A stretch of DNA of 64,000 nt from Nageia nagi. Its lineage: Eukaryota; Plantae; Pinophyta. Shown here in pieces: positions 26,584-39,560 of the stretch. Numbering within the stretch: the stretch's first letter is position 1; each line of letters opens with the position of its first letter. The notes beneath the pieces are model-generated. The model saw only the letters and a list, made by a program, of their open reading frames with translations, ran no database searches and had not been told where the DNA came from. The position numbers and the translations under genes are program-made. The stretch is taken from the NCBI GenBank assembly GCA_050084985.1, contig JBITNC010000001.1, positions 149,916,001 through 149,980,000 on the forward strand, in the 5' to 3' direction.

Positions 26584-26865
26584 TGTTGGAAGTATTTATA
26601 ACATGATTCCTAAGTCCTAAGTTATTAGGATTAATTAATTAGGACTAAAGTATTTTTCTAAGTATCTAGGTCTACGTATTTATTAGTTTATTGTTATAAC
26701 AAGTAATTTGTCATGTAGTGATCTAAGGGTAATACGTATAGTGTGAGTTTTTTATGGTCATGAGAATATTATTCTCAACTTCTTATCTTGTCTTGTAATG
26801 GCTTTCTTTAAGCCTATATATGTAACTCATTTTGATGAATAATACAGAACATTTTAGTTCTCTTA
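26584..26865 (+). repeat. 3' LTR of element B
   Basis: Preceded by the PPT, followed by TSD GGATT. Confidence 0.95.
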
Positions 26866-28061
26866 GGATTGGATGCCAACTTAGCATCAATTCATGAGGA
26901 GTATCTTGATAATGCTCTAGAGATAAATTGGATGGTAGAGGGATTCATAAATCATATGGATACATGGTGTACTAATCCTGAGAGGTTCCTATTGCAACAC
27001 CAAAATCTAGAGGTTGTAAGAAAAGGGAAATCACTAGTTGGAGGGAATAATGTTATGCTATATCAGGGCTTGACATATTTTGTACCCTATGAATCCTTCA
27101 TATGTATGGAGCTCCTTTTTCCATTACACTCATGCACAACCCATAGGGCTATATTATCAAATATTAAAAGGAGCAAAAGAAGGGAGAAGAAGTGTCCAAA
27201 TACCACCCAGATATCTTTCTAGACTACTCCCTAGGTTCAATTGTAAATACATTCATAGTCCCTAATTATTGGAGCTTCCATATTGAGAAATAGATCAATA
27301 TGAAGAGAAAAAGGGCTAATTTTTATCAAAATGAAGATGATATGTTGGATTGGATTGAAGAAAGGTATGAAGAATGATGCACTAAGCTCCTCCAGAGCTA
27401 TGAAATCACCTTCTTTGAGAAATCTTAGGATAGACAAGTCCTATAGGCATTGACTATTATTCTTGGGATAGTAACATAGATTGAGGCAGATGAAGCCATG
27501 ATGAGAATGGTATATAATATTATTGAAGGATATGCTTACTACAATTTTGCTACTTTCATCTCAAATGAAGTTAGGAAAAAGCTATTTAATATTGAAAAAT
27601 CTAATTTTTGGCACTCATCCTATTTGCGGTGGCTCATTATCCATCAAAACCTAGAAGATCTAGTGGAAAGACTCTAGATTATGCCAACCACTTCATCTAC
27701 AACACCCACACCAATTTATTTGAGAGTACCCATGCTAAAAAAGGTCCATGGATCATATTATGAGTTCATGGAGAAATGTTTTACTCTAGTAATGAGGATT
27801 CCCATAGGAGGAATCACTCACAAACTACACTAATCTATCATGGACGAGCTTTAATGAGGAAAAAAGATAGGAGATTGGTATGTTTTGAAGGATAGAACAA
27901 TAATAATGAGCTATGGTTATTTTGAAACCTCATTTTTGCTACCTAAATATGTTACCCCTCAATTATATTGAAGAAGAGGAGGAAGTGCAAGTAATACCTA
28001 ATGTGGAAATAGCAAAATAGGTGCCTATTCAAGAAATTCTAGCATCAACCTCAAAGGTAAG

Positions 28062-28693
28062 TGTATATGCCTAGAAATGAATTATTATTTATTAAATAAC
28101 TCATTTTAGAGCTCCAATAGTATTTATTGTAAAAAGGGTTAAAATAATACCAAAGGTAATACAATTAATGTAAGGACCATTATATAATGTAAGAGGGGTC
28201 AAATGTCTAAAAAGACTCCCCAAATGATGTAATGTGTAAGGATCCCAAGAATCCATGAAGGCAAAGACATTGCTATATAAAGATATTAAAGGCAACACAA
28301 AAGGTATCATGTAAGGGAATCAAAGATCTTAGAGAGACTTCAACAAATGCAATATCATTTTATCCTACCAACAATGATGTTTTGTAACATCACCTCTACA
28401 TAGATCTATTAAACCCTACATTTCACTCTTGCATGCTTTTATTCTATTCATAATTTTATCTATTCCATGAAGCCAGAGATGTAGCACTTATGGGCCTTTG
28501 GTGGCATGCATATGAATGAATGTATGTTCTTTTTTGATGAATGGACTTCTTTATATGATGTTTATTCAACTACAATGAAGGTACATTATTTATCATTATT
28601 CATTTTATGTCATATTTATGATATATGCTTTAATAAAATATTATGGACAAATAAAGCATCAACTATATTGTTATGCATTATTTGAGGTCTACA
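28062..28693 (+). repeat. 5' LTR of element C
   Basis: Aligns with 33441-34074. Confidence 0.9.
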
Positions 28694-28819
28694 TTTTGGT
28701 GAACTTGATTTTTTTATTTATCTTTTCCTTCTAGTGATATCTTGCAAGAATTATCTAATAGATCTACATCATCAATGGTGTTCATAGCTATTTCTAGGTT
28801 GTTAGTGAAGTTAACATGG

Positions 28820-31800
28820 AAGAAGAAATTTGAAAAATGCTTAGATAAATGAATGGAATGCATAAATAATTAAATTACCTAAAAGGTTTGAGTAGTTCAT
28901 TGATAGTGCCAAATCGTATCATAGCGACATGACTTATCAATCTTGAGATTATAAGGAGATCACAACCAAATGAAGAAGACTATGATGGTGCATTCATCTC
29001 ATCCTTGTTTGAGGAGATATGTAATTTTTCCCTACCATCCAAGCACAAGGCCACCAAGTTTGATATGTTTAGTGGTGAACAAGACCCAAAATAATATCTT
29101 ATCATATTTTAGGAGTGCTTATTGAAATTAGGTTGAAAGGAGAATTTGATGGCAAAATTCTTCCTAAGGAGTTTGAAAGGTGATGCTAATCAATGGTTCT
29201 ATAATTTTCCTAGTGGTTCAATTCATTATTTCAAGTCATTAGTTAAGGTCTTTATAAGCTAATATAAGCATAATTTCAAAGACCAAAGTACTATTACAAA
29301 ATTATGTGCACTAAGGCAAGGTAGTAATGAAACCCTCGAGAAATACATCCCATAGTTTAAAAAGGTATAGCAATCAATTCAAATAAAATTAGATGAGAAT
29401 GAGATTTGTGTTAGTTTTAGAGATTCTATTGATCAAATATTGATCAATCTCACTTATAAACATAAAACTACTTTTACTAATCCATGGGAAAGTTTTTGTT
29501 GGAAACTTATGCCTTTTGGCCTAAAAACTATAAGGGATACTTATCAAAGGGCTATGGTCACCATGTTTCATGAGCATATTCACAAGCAATTGAGGTGTAT
29601 GATGATGATATATTGGTGAAATAAAAGTAAGGCTAGGATCACCTACAAGAACTTGAGGAAGTATTCAACATCTAAAAAAGGTAAAAACTTAGACTCAAAC
29701 CTCAAAGTGTGCTTTTGGAGTTACTTTAGGAAAATTGTTAGGATTTATGGTTTTTAAAAGAGGAATAAAGGTAGCTCCTAAGAAAGTGAAAGCAATAATT
29801 AGTGTGCCTCCACCAAGAAATTTGAAACAATTAAGAAGTCCCCAAGGAAAAATCAATTCAATTAGATGATTTATTTCATAGCTTGGAGATAAGTGTAGGC
29901 CATTTACTCATTTATTAAAAAAGGATGTCAAGTTTTTATGGTATGTTAAATACCAAAAAGATTTTGAGAACATTAAACAATACTTTCTAAACCCACTAAT
30001 CCTAGTTCCCATGGATTTTTCCAAGCCTTATTATTTGTATATCTTAGGTACATTATATGCATTGGGGGAAATGCTTTGTCAAAAATATGCAAAAAATAAA
30101 GATAGGGCTATCTATTATCTCAGCAAGACATTGATAGATTATGAAACTAGATATACCCTAATGGAAAAAATTTGCTATGGTATTCTATTTGCTATTGAAA
30201 AATTAAGGCATTACCTATTATATTGCATTACATTTGTTGTTAGTAATGTTAATCCATTGAAATATCTTGTGGCTAAACAACATTTATCAAGAAGAGTAGC
30301 AAAATGGTTGATGTTATTGCAAAAAATTGATATTAATGTGGTAAAATAGAAGTTAGTTAAAGGATGGATAATTATAGATTTGATATCTAAATTTACTCAT
30401 AATAGAGAATTAGTGGTGAACAAAGAATTTTTGGATGAATATTAGGATGATCCATAGCATCAATGGTGTGAAGGTCTAATAGAAGGCTACTAATGGCATG
30501 ATTTTGATGAAATATCTATACCTAATGAGTACATGTGCCTCATAGAATATGAACCTATTATTTGGGTGCTATACTTGATGGTTCAAAATGTTCATATGGC
30601 ACCAAGTTAGGTATTATACTAATATCTCCTATAAATGAGATAATCCCTATGGCCTACAAACATGATTTTGAATGTACAAATAATATGGCTAAATATGACA
30701 CATTGATATTGGGACTAAAAGCTATTTTTACATTGAAAATTAAGGACGTAGAGATATATGGTGATTAATAGCTTGTCATTAACCAAGTACAGGATATCTT
30801 TGATACAAAAGATGAAAAGTTAAGGCCCTATAAATTGGTGGTTAATGATTTATTGGATCAGCTTGATAGATATACCATTCAAAATATTCCAAGGACTAAT
30901 AATAGGTATGCAGATGCCATGGCAAGTGCAACTTCTCTTGTACCAATTGAGATTAAAGATGAAGAGACTATTTTGATAATCTATAAGTTAATATCTCCTT
31001 ATTACATTGAAGATATGCATGAAATATATACCTATTTGATTACAAAAGAGAATGGTTTTCAAAATTGGTATTTTGACATCTACAACTACTTGAAGAATCA
31101 AACAATTCCTAATAGTTTTGATCAAAATGAAAGGGTGATATTGAATATAACTACTATAAGGTATGTCATAATTGGTGATATTTTATATAGAAGGTCATTT
31201 GATGGTGCTTTACTAAGATGTTTAACACAACATGAGATAGCTACCATGCTAATACAAGCTCATGATGGTTTTTGTGGTGGAAATTTTCATGCCAAAGCTT
31301 TGTATATGAAAATTTTAAGAATTAGATATTATTGGCCTACTATGGAGGAAGATTACAAATATCATGTAAAAAATTATTTACAATATAAAAAACATGCTAA
31401 TTTAAAAAATCAACCTACCCAAAAGTTGCACTCCATTATTTCTCCATGGCCATTTACTACTTGGGGTATTAATTTGATTAATATGATTAAACCTCATTCA
31501 AGGGAAGGCCGTAAGTTTGTCATTATAGCTACTAAGTTCACTACTAAGTGGGTGGAGGCTATCCCAATGAAGTTAGTAACTCAATATAAGATTATTGCTT
31601 TCATTGTTGAGAATATTATTACCCAATTTGGTGTACCACAAAAGTTGATTACTAATAATGGAAAAAAATTTCAAAGGAAAGGAGATAAGATCTTTTTGTA
31701 AGAAGTTTCATATTGCATAGTCATTCTCTTCATTCTATTATCCTCGAGGAAATGGTCAAGCTAAAGCCACCAATAAGATCATTAAAAGCATTCTTTCAAA

Positions 31801-32323
31801 AACATGAGATAAACAAAAGAGGGATTGGCATAAACTTCTATATACATTGTATGCATATAGGACCACTATTAGGATAGCCATTGGTACAACACCTTTCTCA
31901 TTGGATTATAGGGATGAAGCTATTGTACCATTAGAATTGGAGATCCCATCTCTAAGGATCTCATTACAAGGAGACATTTTTTATGAAGAAGTAAGACAAG
32001 CAAGTTTATAGTAGTTGGAATTGTTGGATGAAAAGAGAATTAGAGCCATTGAACATTAAAAGGTATATCATGCATAACTCAAGAGAGCATTTGGGAAAAG
32101 GATAAAAGCTAAGGAGTTTAATGTAGGAGATTTAGTGTTGAAAGAGAATATCAATAAAATAGAAACAAATGATGAAGCAAAAGGTAAATTTGAACCTTAT
32201 TGGCTGGGTCCATTTGTTGTAGTGGAAGAAACAGGCTTAGGAGCATACATATTATCATGCATGGATGGAAAAGTATAACCTAATACCTTTAATGCCACAC
32301 ATATAAAACACTTCTATGCATAG
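28820..32323 (+). pseudogene. pol: gag-pol remnant of element C: gag (~28820-29450), RT C-terminal half (~29460-30000), RH (30011-30380), aRH (~30560-30940), INT (~31060-32323)
   Basis: gag FFLRSLKGDANQWFYNFPSGSI; RT HKTTFTNPW..MPFGLK..YQRAM; RH AIYYLSKTLIDYETRY..LRHYLL; aRH LDGSK..CTNNMAKYDTLILGL..YGD; INT HDGFCGGNF..YYWPTM..WPFTTWGINLI..TKWVEAIP. Confidence 0.92.
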
Positions 32324-32524
32324 GAGTAGTGGCTTTATACCTTATAGAATGTCAAAAATATAGATCAAGGTACCTATATTATATTGTACATTTTTAGTTT
32401 TTCAACATAGGGTACTATACCCATGTAGCTAATGGTGTATATTACTATATATGAGATGCTAGCAGCATGGAATACACAAAAAACAAAAATAAAAAAAACA
32501 CAATCAAAATCCATGATAGTATAA

Positions 32525-32875
32525 TGTCTGGGGGTCATGGACATAAAATGCAAGGTCAAGGATGGCCAATGATATGGCTAGTGAGAGTTCACTCACTTAA
32601 AAGATAAATCAATGATGTAGCTATGAGAAAAATGTTGATATTGGCTCATCTCCAATGGATGATACAACTTGCTATGTATCCATATGGTTTTTACTTTGAA
32701 CCATACAATGCATAATATCTCTGGGTCATAAACATAAAATGTATGACCATCGATGGTAAATAAAATAGCTAGTGAGAGTTCACTCACTCAAAAGATAAAC
32801 TGGTGATGCAACCATAAGTAGATTAGTGACATTGATTCATCATCAATGGATGATGCAACTCACTATGCATCCATA
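32525..32875 (+). repeat. Two-copy tandem repeat (~191-bp period) in the 3' region of element C
   Basis: GTGAGAGTTCACTCACTYAAAAGATAAA at 32581 and 32772, with homologous flanks. Confidence 0.85.
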
Positions 32876-33440
32876 ATATTTCTATGCAGGGTACAACTAA
32901 CACCTTTTTATAGGAATCTACATCACAAAAAATAGAAGAAAGTATAAAGAAACCTACACTATCAATAGTGTTCTCATGTTCTTACACCATAATTGGTATG
33001 CACATCATTGAAAAATCATCATATAGAAAGATGACACCCTTTATTTCAAGGAATGGACATAAGGGTGACAAATTCATAAGTACCATACATGATGTAATGA
33101 TAGATTCAAGGTTGAATAGTACAAGGGGAAAAAAGACATTTTCCATTTTAGAAATTGGATGTGGAACTATAAGACTACCTGCTAGCAGAGTTCCTTCGAG
33201 AATATAGACATCATAGTAGCTAGAGAGACATAGTTCTTTAGATTTTTCCTTGGTTGCACCACTCAAGGACATTTTTTGGGGCATCCAAGCCAAAAGAGGG
33301 CAACAATAGACCCTCACACCAACATCATCTTCAAAAGATAGTAAAGCAAAGAGTTTAAAGTTCTCAAAAATTTTCTTCTATACTTCTTCTTTGGACATGT
33401 AATCTCATTGCTTCAATCACACCTCCAAAAAGGGGAAAAA

Positions 33441-34074
33441 TGTAGATTCCTATAAATGAATTATTCTTTATTAAATAATTCATTTTAAATCTCCAATGGT
33501 ATTTATTGTAAAAAGGGGTTAAAATAATACCCAAGGAAATGCAATTAATATAAGGGATCATTGTATAATGTAAGAGGGGCAAACTATCTAAAAAGACTCC
33601 CCAAATGATGTAATGTGCAATGATCCCAAGAATCCAAGAAGGCAAAGACTTTGCTATATAAAGATATCAATGGAAACACAAAAGGAATAATGCAAGGGCA
33701 TCAAATATTTTAGAGATACTTCAACAAATGCAATATCACAATATCCTACCAACAATGGTTTTTGTAACACCACCTCTGCATAGATTTTTTAGACCATTCA
33801 TTTCACTCTTACATGCTTTTATTTCATTCATAATTCTATTTATTCCATGAAGCTAGTGATGTAACACTTATGGGCCATTGATGGCGTGCATATGGATGAA
33901 TGTATATTCCTATTTGATGAATGGACTTGTTTATATGATGTTTATGTGACTACGATGAAGGTATATTGTTTATCATTATTTTTTTGATGTCATATTTTTG
34001 ATATATGCTTTAATAAAATATTGTGTACAAATAATGCATCAATTATATCATTTATGCATTATTTGAGGTGTATA
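33441..34074 (+). repeat. 3' LTR of element C
   Basis: Follows the PPT; homologous to 28062-28693. Confidence 0.9.
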
Positions 34075-35497
34075 TTAGGTACATCCGATGATTCATTATT
34101 TCCATATTTAACTGCCTTTGATGATGAAATACAAAACATTTTTTCTACTCAAGTAGTAGAGCCCATTGATTGAGCAACATTCATTAATAAACCCCATGTA
34201 CTCCTAAAGCAAAAAGGAAGAATATTGAGTAAAGTTACAAAAATGAAGAATATTAAAAATGTTCAAATATCCTATAAATATGGGAAGTTGGATACAACTC
34301 CCATGGCTATCAAAAATGTACATATGCAAAGTGATCTAGTTGTGGACCAATCCAAGTTTTTGGTTAACACTTCCATAGCTTCCAAAAAAAGTCTCCAATC
34401 CATGGAGAATAAGAATGAAAAACTCAATAAAAAAATTGAGTAGTATAGAGGAGACTTCTCTCAAAAGGATAAAATAATAGTCAGATTGTAAAATCAAAAT
34501 AATAAGCTAATCCAAAATATTACCAAGAAAAAGTATAAGCATGAAAAGAGCTTACAACATGCTAAGGTTAAGCTAGAGAATATGAAAAAAGAAGGTGAAG
34601 AATTGAAGGCTCATTCTAGCATAATTGACAAATAAAAGGGCTTAGAAGACTAAGGAAGAGTTAAAGAGGATAGTAGTAGTGAATAAGGCTTTAAATGATG
34701 ATAAGGTCAAGCTACTAAAAATTATTAAGAACTTCAAAAATATTTTGGTTAAATAGGTTGGAGAGAAACTAGTTAGCATGTCCACCTACATCTCTTTAAA
34801 AATCAAACAGAACAAGTTGTATAGCAATATAATGCTCAGACTACAATTCATAAACTAGCCTTAACAATCCCAAGATCAAAGATTGAAGGGATGCAAAATT
34901 GGCTTAGAACATTAATAGACAAAGATATAGCTACAATAACTCCAAGGCCTAGAAAAATAATTTTGATAAAGATCAAAGACATTTGTGATTTACAAGATTT
35001 GATGTTTTCTATAGACTTGGAGAAAAATTGATTAAAAATAGAGGTAGGTTTTGTAATTAGATTTTTTCATTATTTAATTCAATTCAAGGATCCCAAATTT
35101 TGGGAGGAACCTGATGTATAGAGTAGCATCAATTGATGGGTGGTGAATACTAAATAATTTTTAGAGCAAACATTATCTAAGAAATAACTTTCATACTTGC
35201 ATGAAATAAGTGACCTAACTTAGGAAGCAATATTAAGATTTTTGAATGTTGAAAGACTGGAGAATGAATTAATGGGATTTAGAGAAAATATAACCAAATT
35301 GCAAGCATGTCCCATTTTATCATAGGTAGATAATCAATATCTCAAAGATCTATACACAAAACTTTAGTCTTTACTTCCTTCAAATTTGATTCCACCACTA
35401 GAAGCCTCGCTAAAAGATTCATCTGGGTAGGCAAGCAGAAGTGGCTAGTGAAGGTTCTATTCTTCAGTAGGATGAAGATCCCAAGAGATTTCAAAAG

Positions 35498-37316
35498 ATT
35501 GTTATTCTTTCATAATTACACTTTGAAGAGGGTAATATTCTTTCAATTCATGATTCTTTCATTCAATCATTCATTGATTCTTTATTCTCAATAAATTCCC
35601 TTCTATAAATATCGATCCTTATTTCCTATTATTTGATATTTGTAAATGATGTATTAAATGTAAAGTATTTATACTTAGTCTTATTTGCACATTCTAGTTA
35701 GGATTTATTTTTTATCAAGTTAGATTCAAGTCATGTTCATATTTATGGGTCTTAATCAAGGGAAGGGCACTTAAACTCCCACCATTTTGTTGCAAAGTGG
35801 GATGTATATATTCATTTGAGTTATTTACGAGTGATGTAAGTACAAGGCCCAAGGGTTCCCATTTTATAAAATTAGCTAATTCATTTTAGGGAAATATTTT
35901 ATGAGGTCCATGAATGTGTCTAAGTCTAGTCTGGGTCTTATCAAAACTGTAACTATTTAGGTGTAATTCTTGTATACTCTAGGAGTTCTTTCTGGGCATT
36001 GTTGTATATAATTATTAGTTTAGAATCAATTCATTCAGTAGGATATGTTTTAGAACCCATAAAATTCCAAAGGAGAAGCTATACCTTTTGATAGAAATCA
36101 ATGGGCTCTAATTTCATCTAGTATTCCTAAAGGTCTCAATGGTGGAAAATGTTACAATGCTCACATTCAATATACCCTATCAATTTTAAAAGACAACATC
36201 ATATTTTTCAAGGAAAATTGATGAAAGGTAAGACTCCTTATATATCTCATAAATCTTGTCAAGAAAAATAATACCTATTGATAATGAAAGAAGACTATAA
36301 GAGGAAGGAAACACCTAGGTCCACTTAATCAAGAGTGTATGACCCCTAGGGCTCTACCACCTTATCAACTACATCTCATTTCCATGTGAAAAGAACAATT
36401 TAGCTTTAGGATTGAATGATACATCTATCTTCACCCTTATAGTGATCACAACTAGGAGCAATAGTGCAAAATATTTAATGGTTGTAGAGAGTTAGGTAAT
36501 TGGTGACTACTAATAGAAGTTAATTGTACCAATCAAAATAGCAAGCCATACTTCTTAATTTTAGAAATAGTCTGAGAAGATCAATTAAAAGATATATATG
36601 ATGGATTATGGTTGAAGAGGTACATATATTAGAGGCCTATGAATTCCCAAGATTTGGCACTAAATCAAAACCATATTGTATAATCAGTTACATTTATAAA
36701 TTGATTTATACATGTATATATTTAAGTTTATATTATTCTCTATAAAGAGTTAATTGTAGTCATTAATGATGGACAACCACCTATTTTGTAAATAGAATCT
36801 ATAAATAGTGGATTGTTAGAGGTCCAAAAGGTTGAATATTTTAACAAAGTTGCTCGATATGAGAAATGTTTTCATATATGATAATACAATATAGTGATAT
36901 TTTATCCTCTACATTTTGTGGCTATTATAATGTTTTGTAAGCATTATGTATGAAGCATTATCCTAAGTTATGGCTATGTATTGTAACTACAAGACCCTAA
37001 GGGTAAGATATTTGTTCTATTCTTAATCTTGGCAATGGATTACTACTTGTGTGGTAATGCTTGGTCTAATTAGTTTTAGCTTGCTTTTAGTAATTTAGTT
37101 TTCAATCTCTTTCCTTGTTACTCTTTACCTGATTTATCCCCTTTCAATTACTTTCTACTTTTTTCATATATAAGAACTAGCCTATAACCTGAAGATTGAG
37201 TAGAAAACCCCCATGAGTGCACTGTCCCACCACCTTGTACTCTTTCAAGGACCCTACTATTATAGGAAATAGAGAAGTATACTAGACCAAACCTTAAGGT
37301 TACATTATACTGATCA
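35498..37316 (+). repeat. Right terminal repeat of element A
   Basis: Homologous to 12788-14590; ends ..ACTGATCA. Confidence 0.88.
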
Positions 37317-37956
37317 AATGTTTTTGCACCATCTGATTATTTTGCTCACATGTATCTCATTTCTAGTTATCCACCTTTTGATAAAAATATAATACCATCA
37401 TATGTGTACAAAATTGTTAGAAAATTAGAAAATAATAATAATTAAACATGTGTTATTTTTTCATAGATTAGTACCATAACATGACATACCTTAGAAATAC
37501 TAGTAGTCAACTAATTATCTTTTTTAGATCTAGAGGTAAATTCTTACATCCATAAATTGCAAGTGAAAAAATATGTTCTACATAAAGTTATGTATTCTAC
37601 AAGTACTATTAATCATTATATTTTGAAAAAATATATATTAATACCAAAAAAATAATTTATATACATATAATATGATAAAACCTTCAATAAATTATGGTAA
37701 TAATGAGATTTTAATCATGTTATTCTACCATAAGTAGTGAATGCTTTTCTTAGAGATGATTCATACTAAGTTAGTGTTCTAATGGTTTTAATAACATTAT
37801 GTACCATGTTCACTTATTCTTTGGATATTATACATCGTAAGTGAGTAGGTTCTTTCTTCATTCTATATGATATCTACAAGGCACACTTTGTGTTTATATC
37901 TCTTAAGTCATTTCTTATGTTAACAATATCATATTCTATAGCTATTGTATATTGAT
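37317..37956 (-). pseudogene. CACTA TnpD exons between elements A and D
   Basis: IRNDLRDINTKCAL..VHNVIKTIRTLT*YESSLRKAFT..LKSHYYHNLLK and RWITRNEIHVSKI. Confidence 0.8.
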
Positions 37957-38730
37957 TATTGATATGTATTTTGTTATCACCTAGAATTTTTAATCTAAAT
38001 TAACTAAATACACTTAAATATTTATTGTACAGTTTATCTAAGCTATCAAACTTAAATAAACATACATGAATAAGGGAATACAATAGTGCATTAATAGAAT
38101 AATAAAAATACATTTGATATCAAGATGTAAAATGAGATACACATGCTAAAGAGAAAGGAATCAAGTGAAAGATAAATACCTATGTGTCCTTACCTATGTT
38201 GAGGTTGAGGATATGATGGTGATTTTGTTGTGTGAACCCCAAGGCCAACTATAGAAGAAACACTAGCATGGGTGCTAATATGAGAGCTCAGCATGGGCAT
38301 GAATGTTCCTAAAGAATTAGGTTCTCCAATAAGGATTGATGACATCAGATATAATGATAAGTCAAATAGAGCACATGGTCATAGATTTGGATAACAAATA
38401 TTACATTGAGTGATAATAATATTCTAATATCAATAGGTAACATTTAAAAATACCCAAGTGTAGGGTACCAATTATCGAGATGTAATCTTTACAAGCTTTC
38501 CCCATGTTAGAGATACTTACATTTATATTAGGCATGATTCACCATTCAACCCTTTGAATATTTTTTTAAGTCATCTTGATGTACTTAATATAAAACATAA
38601 GAAAATAACCTAATAAATATGTGATAATAAGGTAAAATATAACTAAAATAAGATTAAGTATGACTCAATGTGTGTGTAAAGTTGCACCTAAATGGGACCA
38701 TGTTAAGGGGATCACTTTTAGGTGTTAACA
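37957..38730 (-). repeat. 3' LTR of element D
   Basis: Homologous to 46697-47498; adjacent to the PPT (38731-38744). Confidence 0.88.
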
Positions 38731-39179
38731 GATGCCTCCCTTTGTAAGTATAATGAAATTGAATCTTGAAATGATATTATGCTCATAAATGAAGTAAAGG
38801 TAGAGAGAAGAAAAATTTGACAGTTCCTTGGTTTAGTTGTTTGGATCATCAAGGATTTGATTATGTATATTGCCCCCTCTTTTCCATGGTTGTGAGATGT
38901 AATGGCTTGCATGTCGTAGAATCAACCAAGAGAAAATAATGAAACTTGAAAATGAGAGGCACACACTTCTAAGAACATATATGATTGTTAACTCATAAAA
39001 GATATAGCAGTGATAGTAAGAGAGAATATCATAGCATTTCATCAAAAATTATATAGCAATAATGGAGTAAGGATGAACTTAATATAATATGTATATATCA
39101 TCTTGAGAATATTGAATACAAAAATACTCCTTATTTCATTCTTTGATGCATACATAATAAATCATGATAAAGGTGTTTC

Positions 39180-39560
39180 CACATCATCATGGGGTACATT
39201 CCCCATTCTTAAATAGAACATATGTTATGAGAACCATATATGTTAACATCATCATGAGGTACATGCCCCATTCTTAGATGCAACATACAAATTATGAGGG
39301 ACTACATGGTGACTATTAGTTAAGACCCAACCAATAAAGGTTACTCAAAGACATGGGTGGTTTGAATATTTCTCAACCATATTATATGATTTTTCATTCA
39401 TCATCATGAGGTACATGCTTCATTCTCAAATATTGACATATTATGCAATCATCATCATGAGGTACAAGCCCCATTCTTAGATGTGATTTAAGAGTGATGG
39501 TTAGTTGAGACCTAACCAAAAAAGGTGAATCAACAATGATTAGTTTGAATATTTCCTAAT
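39180..39560. repeat. Complex tandem array with hairpin-forming units in the 3' region of element D
   Basis: CATCATCATGRGGTACAxxCCCCATTCTTARAT at ~39182, 39247, 39399 and 39449. A second ~55-bp unit at ~39317 and 39502. Confidence 0.85.

Larger units (their letters stand above)
23037..26865 (+). mobile_element. Element B: 3.83-kb non-autonomous Copia-derived gag-only (TR-GAG-like) LTR element
   Basis: LTRs 23037-23317 and 26584-26865 (8 substitutions plus 1 indel by my count). Perfect TSD GGATT (23032-23036, 26866-26870). PBS TGGTATTAGAGC at 23320; PPT AAGGGGGAG at ~26573. No pol motifs. Confidence 0.95.
28062..34074 (+). mobile_element. Element C: internally deleted Tat-like Ty3/Gypsy element (gag//RT-RH-aRH-INT)
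   Basis: LTRs 28062-28693 and 33441-34074 (TGTAGA..TCTACA-type ends). PBS-like ttttTGGTGAAC after 28693; PPT AAAAAGGGGAAAAA before 33441. Degenerate TSD GTAAG/TTAGG. Confidence 0.9.
22780..35430 (+). pseudogene. Large sense extra ORF of element A, in three pieces (~22780-23036, 26871-28061, 34075-35430)
   Basis: Removing B rejoins MASAKKIEVAMKEG|LDANLASIHEEY in frame. Later blocks YNFATFISNEVRKKL..FWHSSYLRWLIIHQN and IGDWYVLKDRTIIMSYGY..LLPKYVTP. Lys/Glu-rich coiled-coil-like part at 34200-34800. Confidence 0.65.
12788..37316 (+). mobile_element. Element A: Tat-like Ty3/Gypsy retrotransposon (gag-PR-aRH-RT-RH-INT plus sense extra ORF), host of elements B and C
   Basis: ~1.8-kb direct repeats at 12788-14590 and 35498-37316. 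AATGT lies on both sides (12783-12787, 37317-37321), and the two flanks are adjacent parts of TnpD. PBS at ~14611; pol domains listed separately. Confidence 0.85.

Noticed and set aside
39180-39560. Palindromic repeats with intervening sequence as CRISPR-like
   Set aside because: Spacing is irregular, the intervening sequence is itself repeated, and the array lies in a retrotransposon 3' region.
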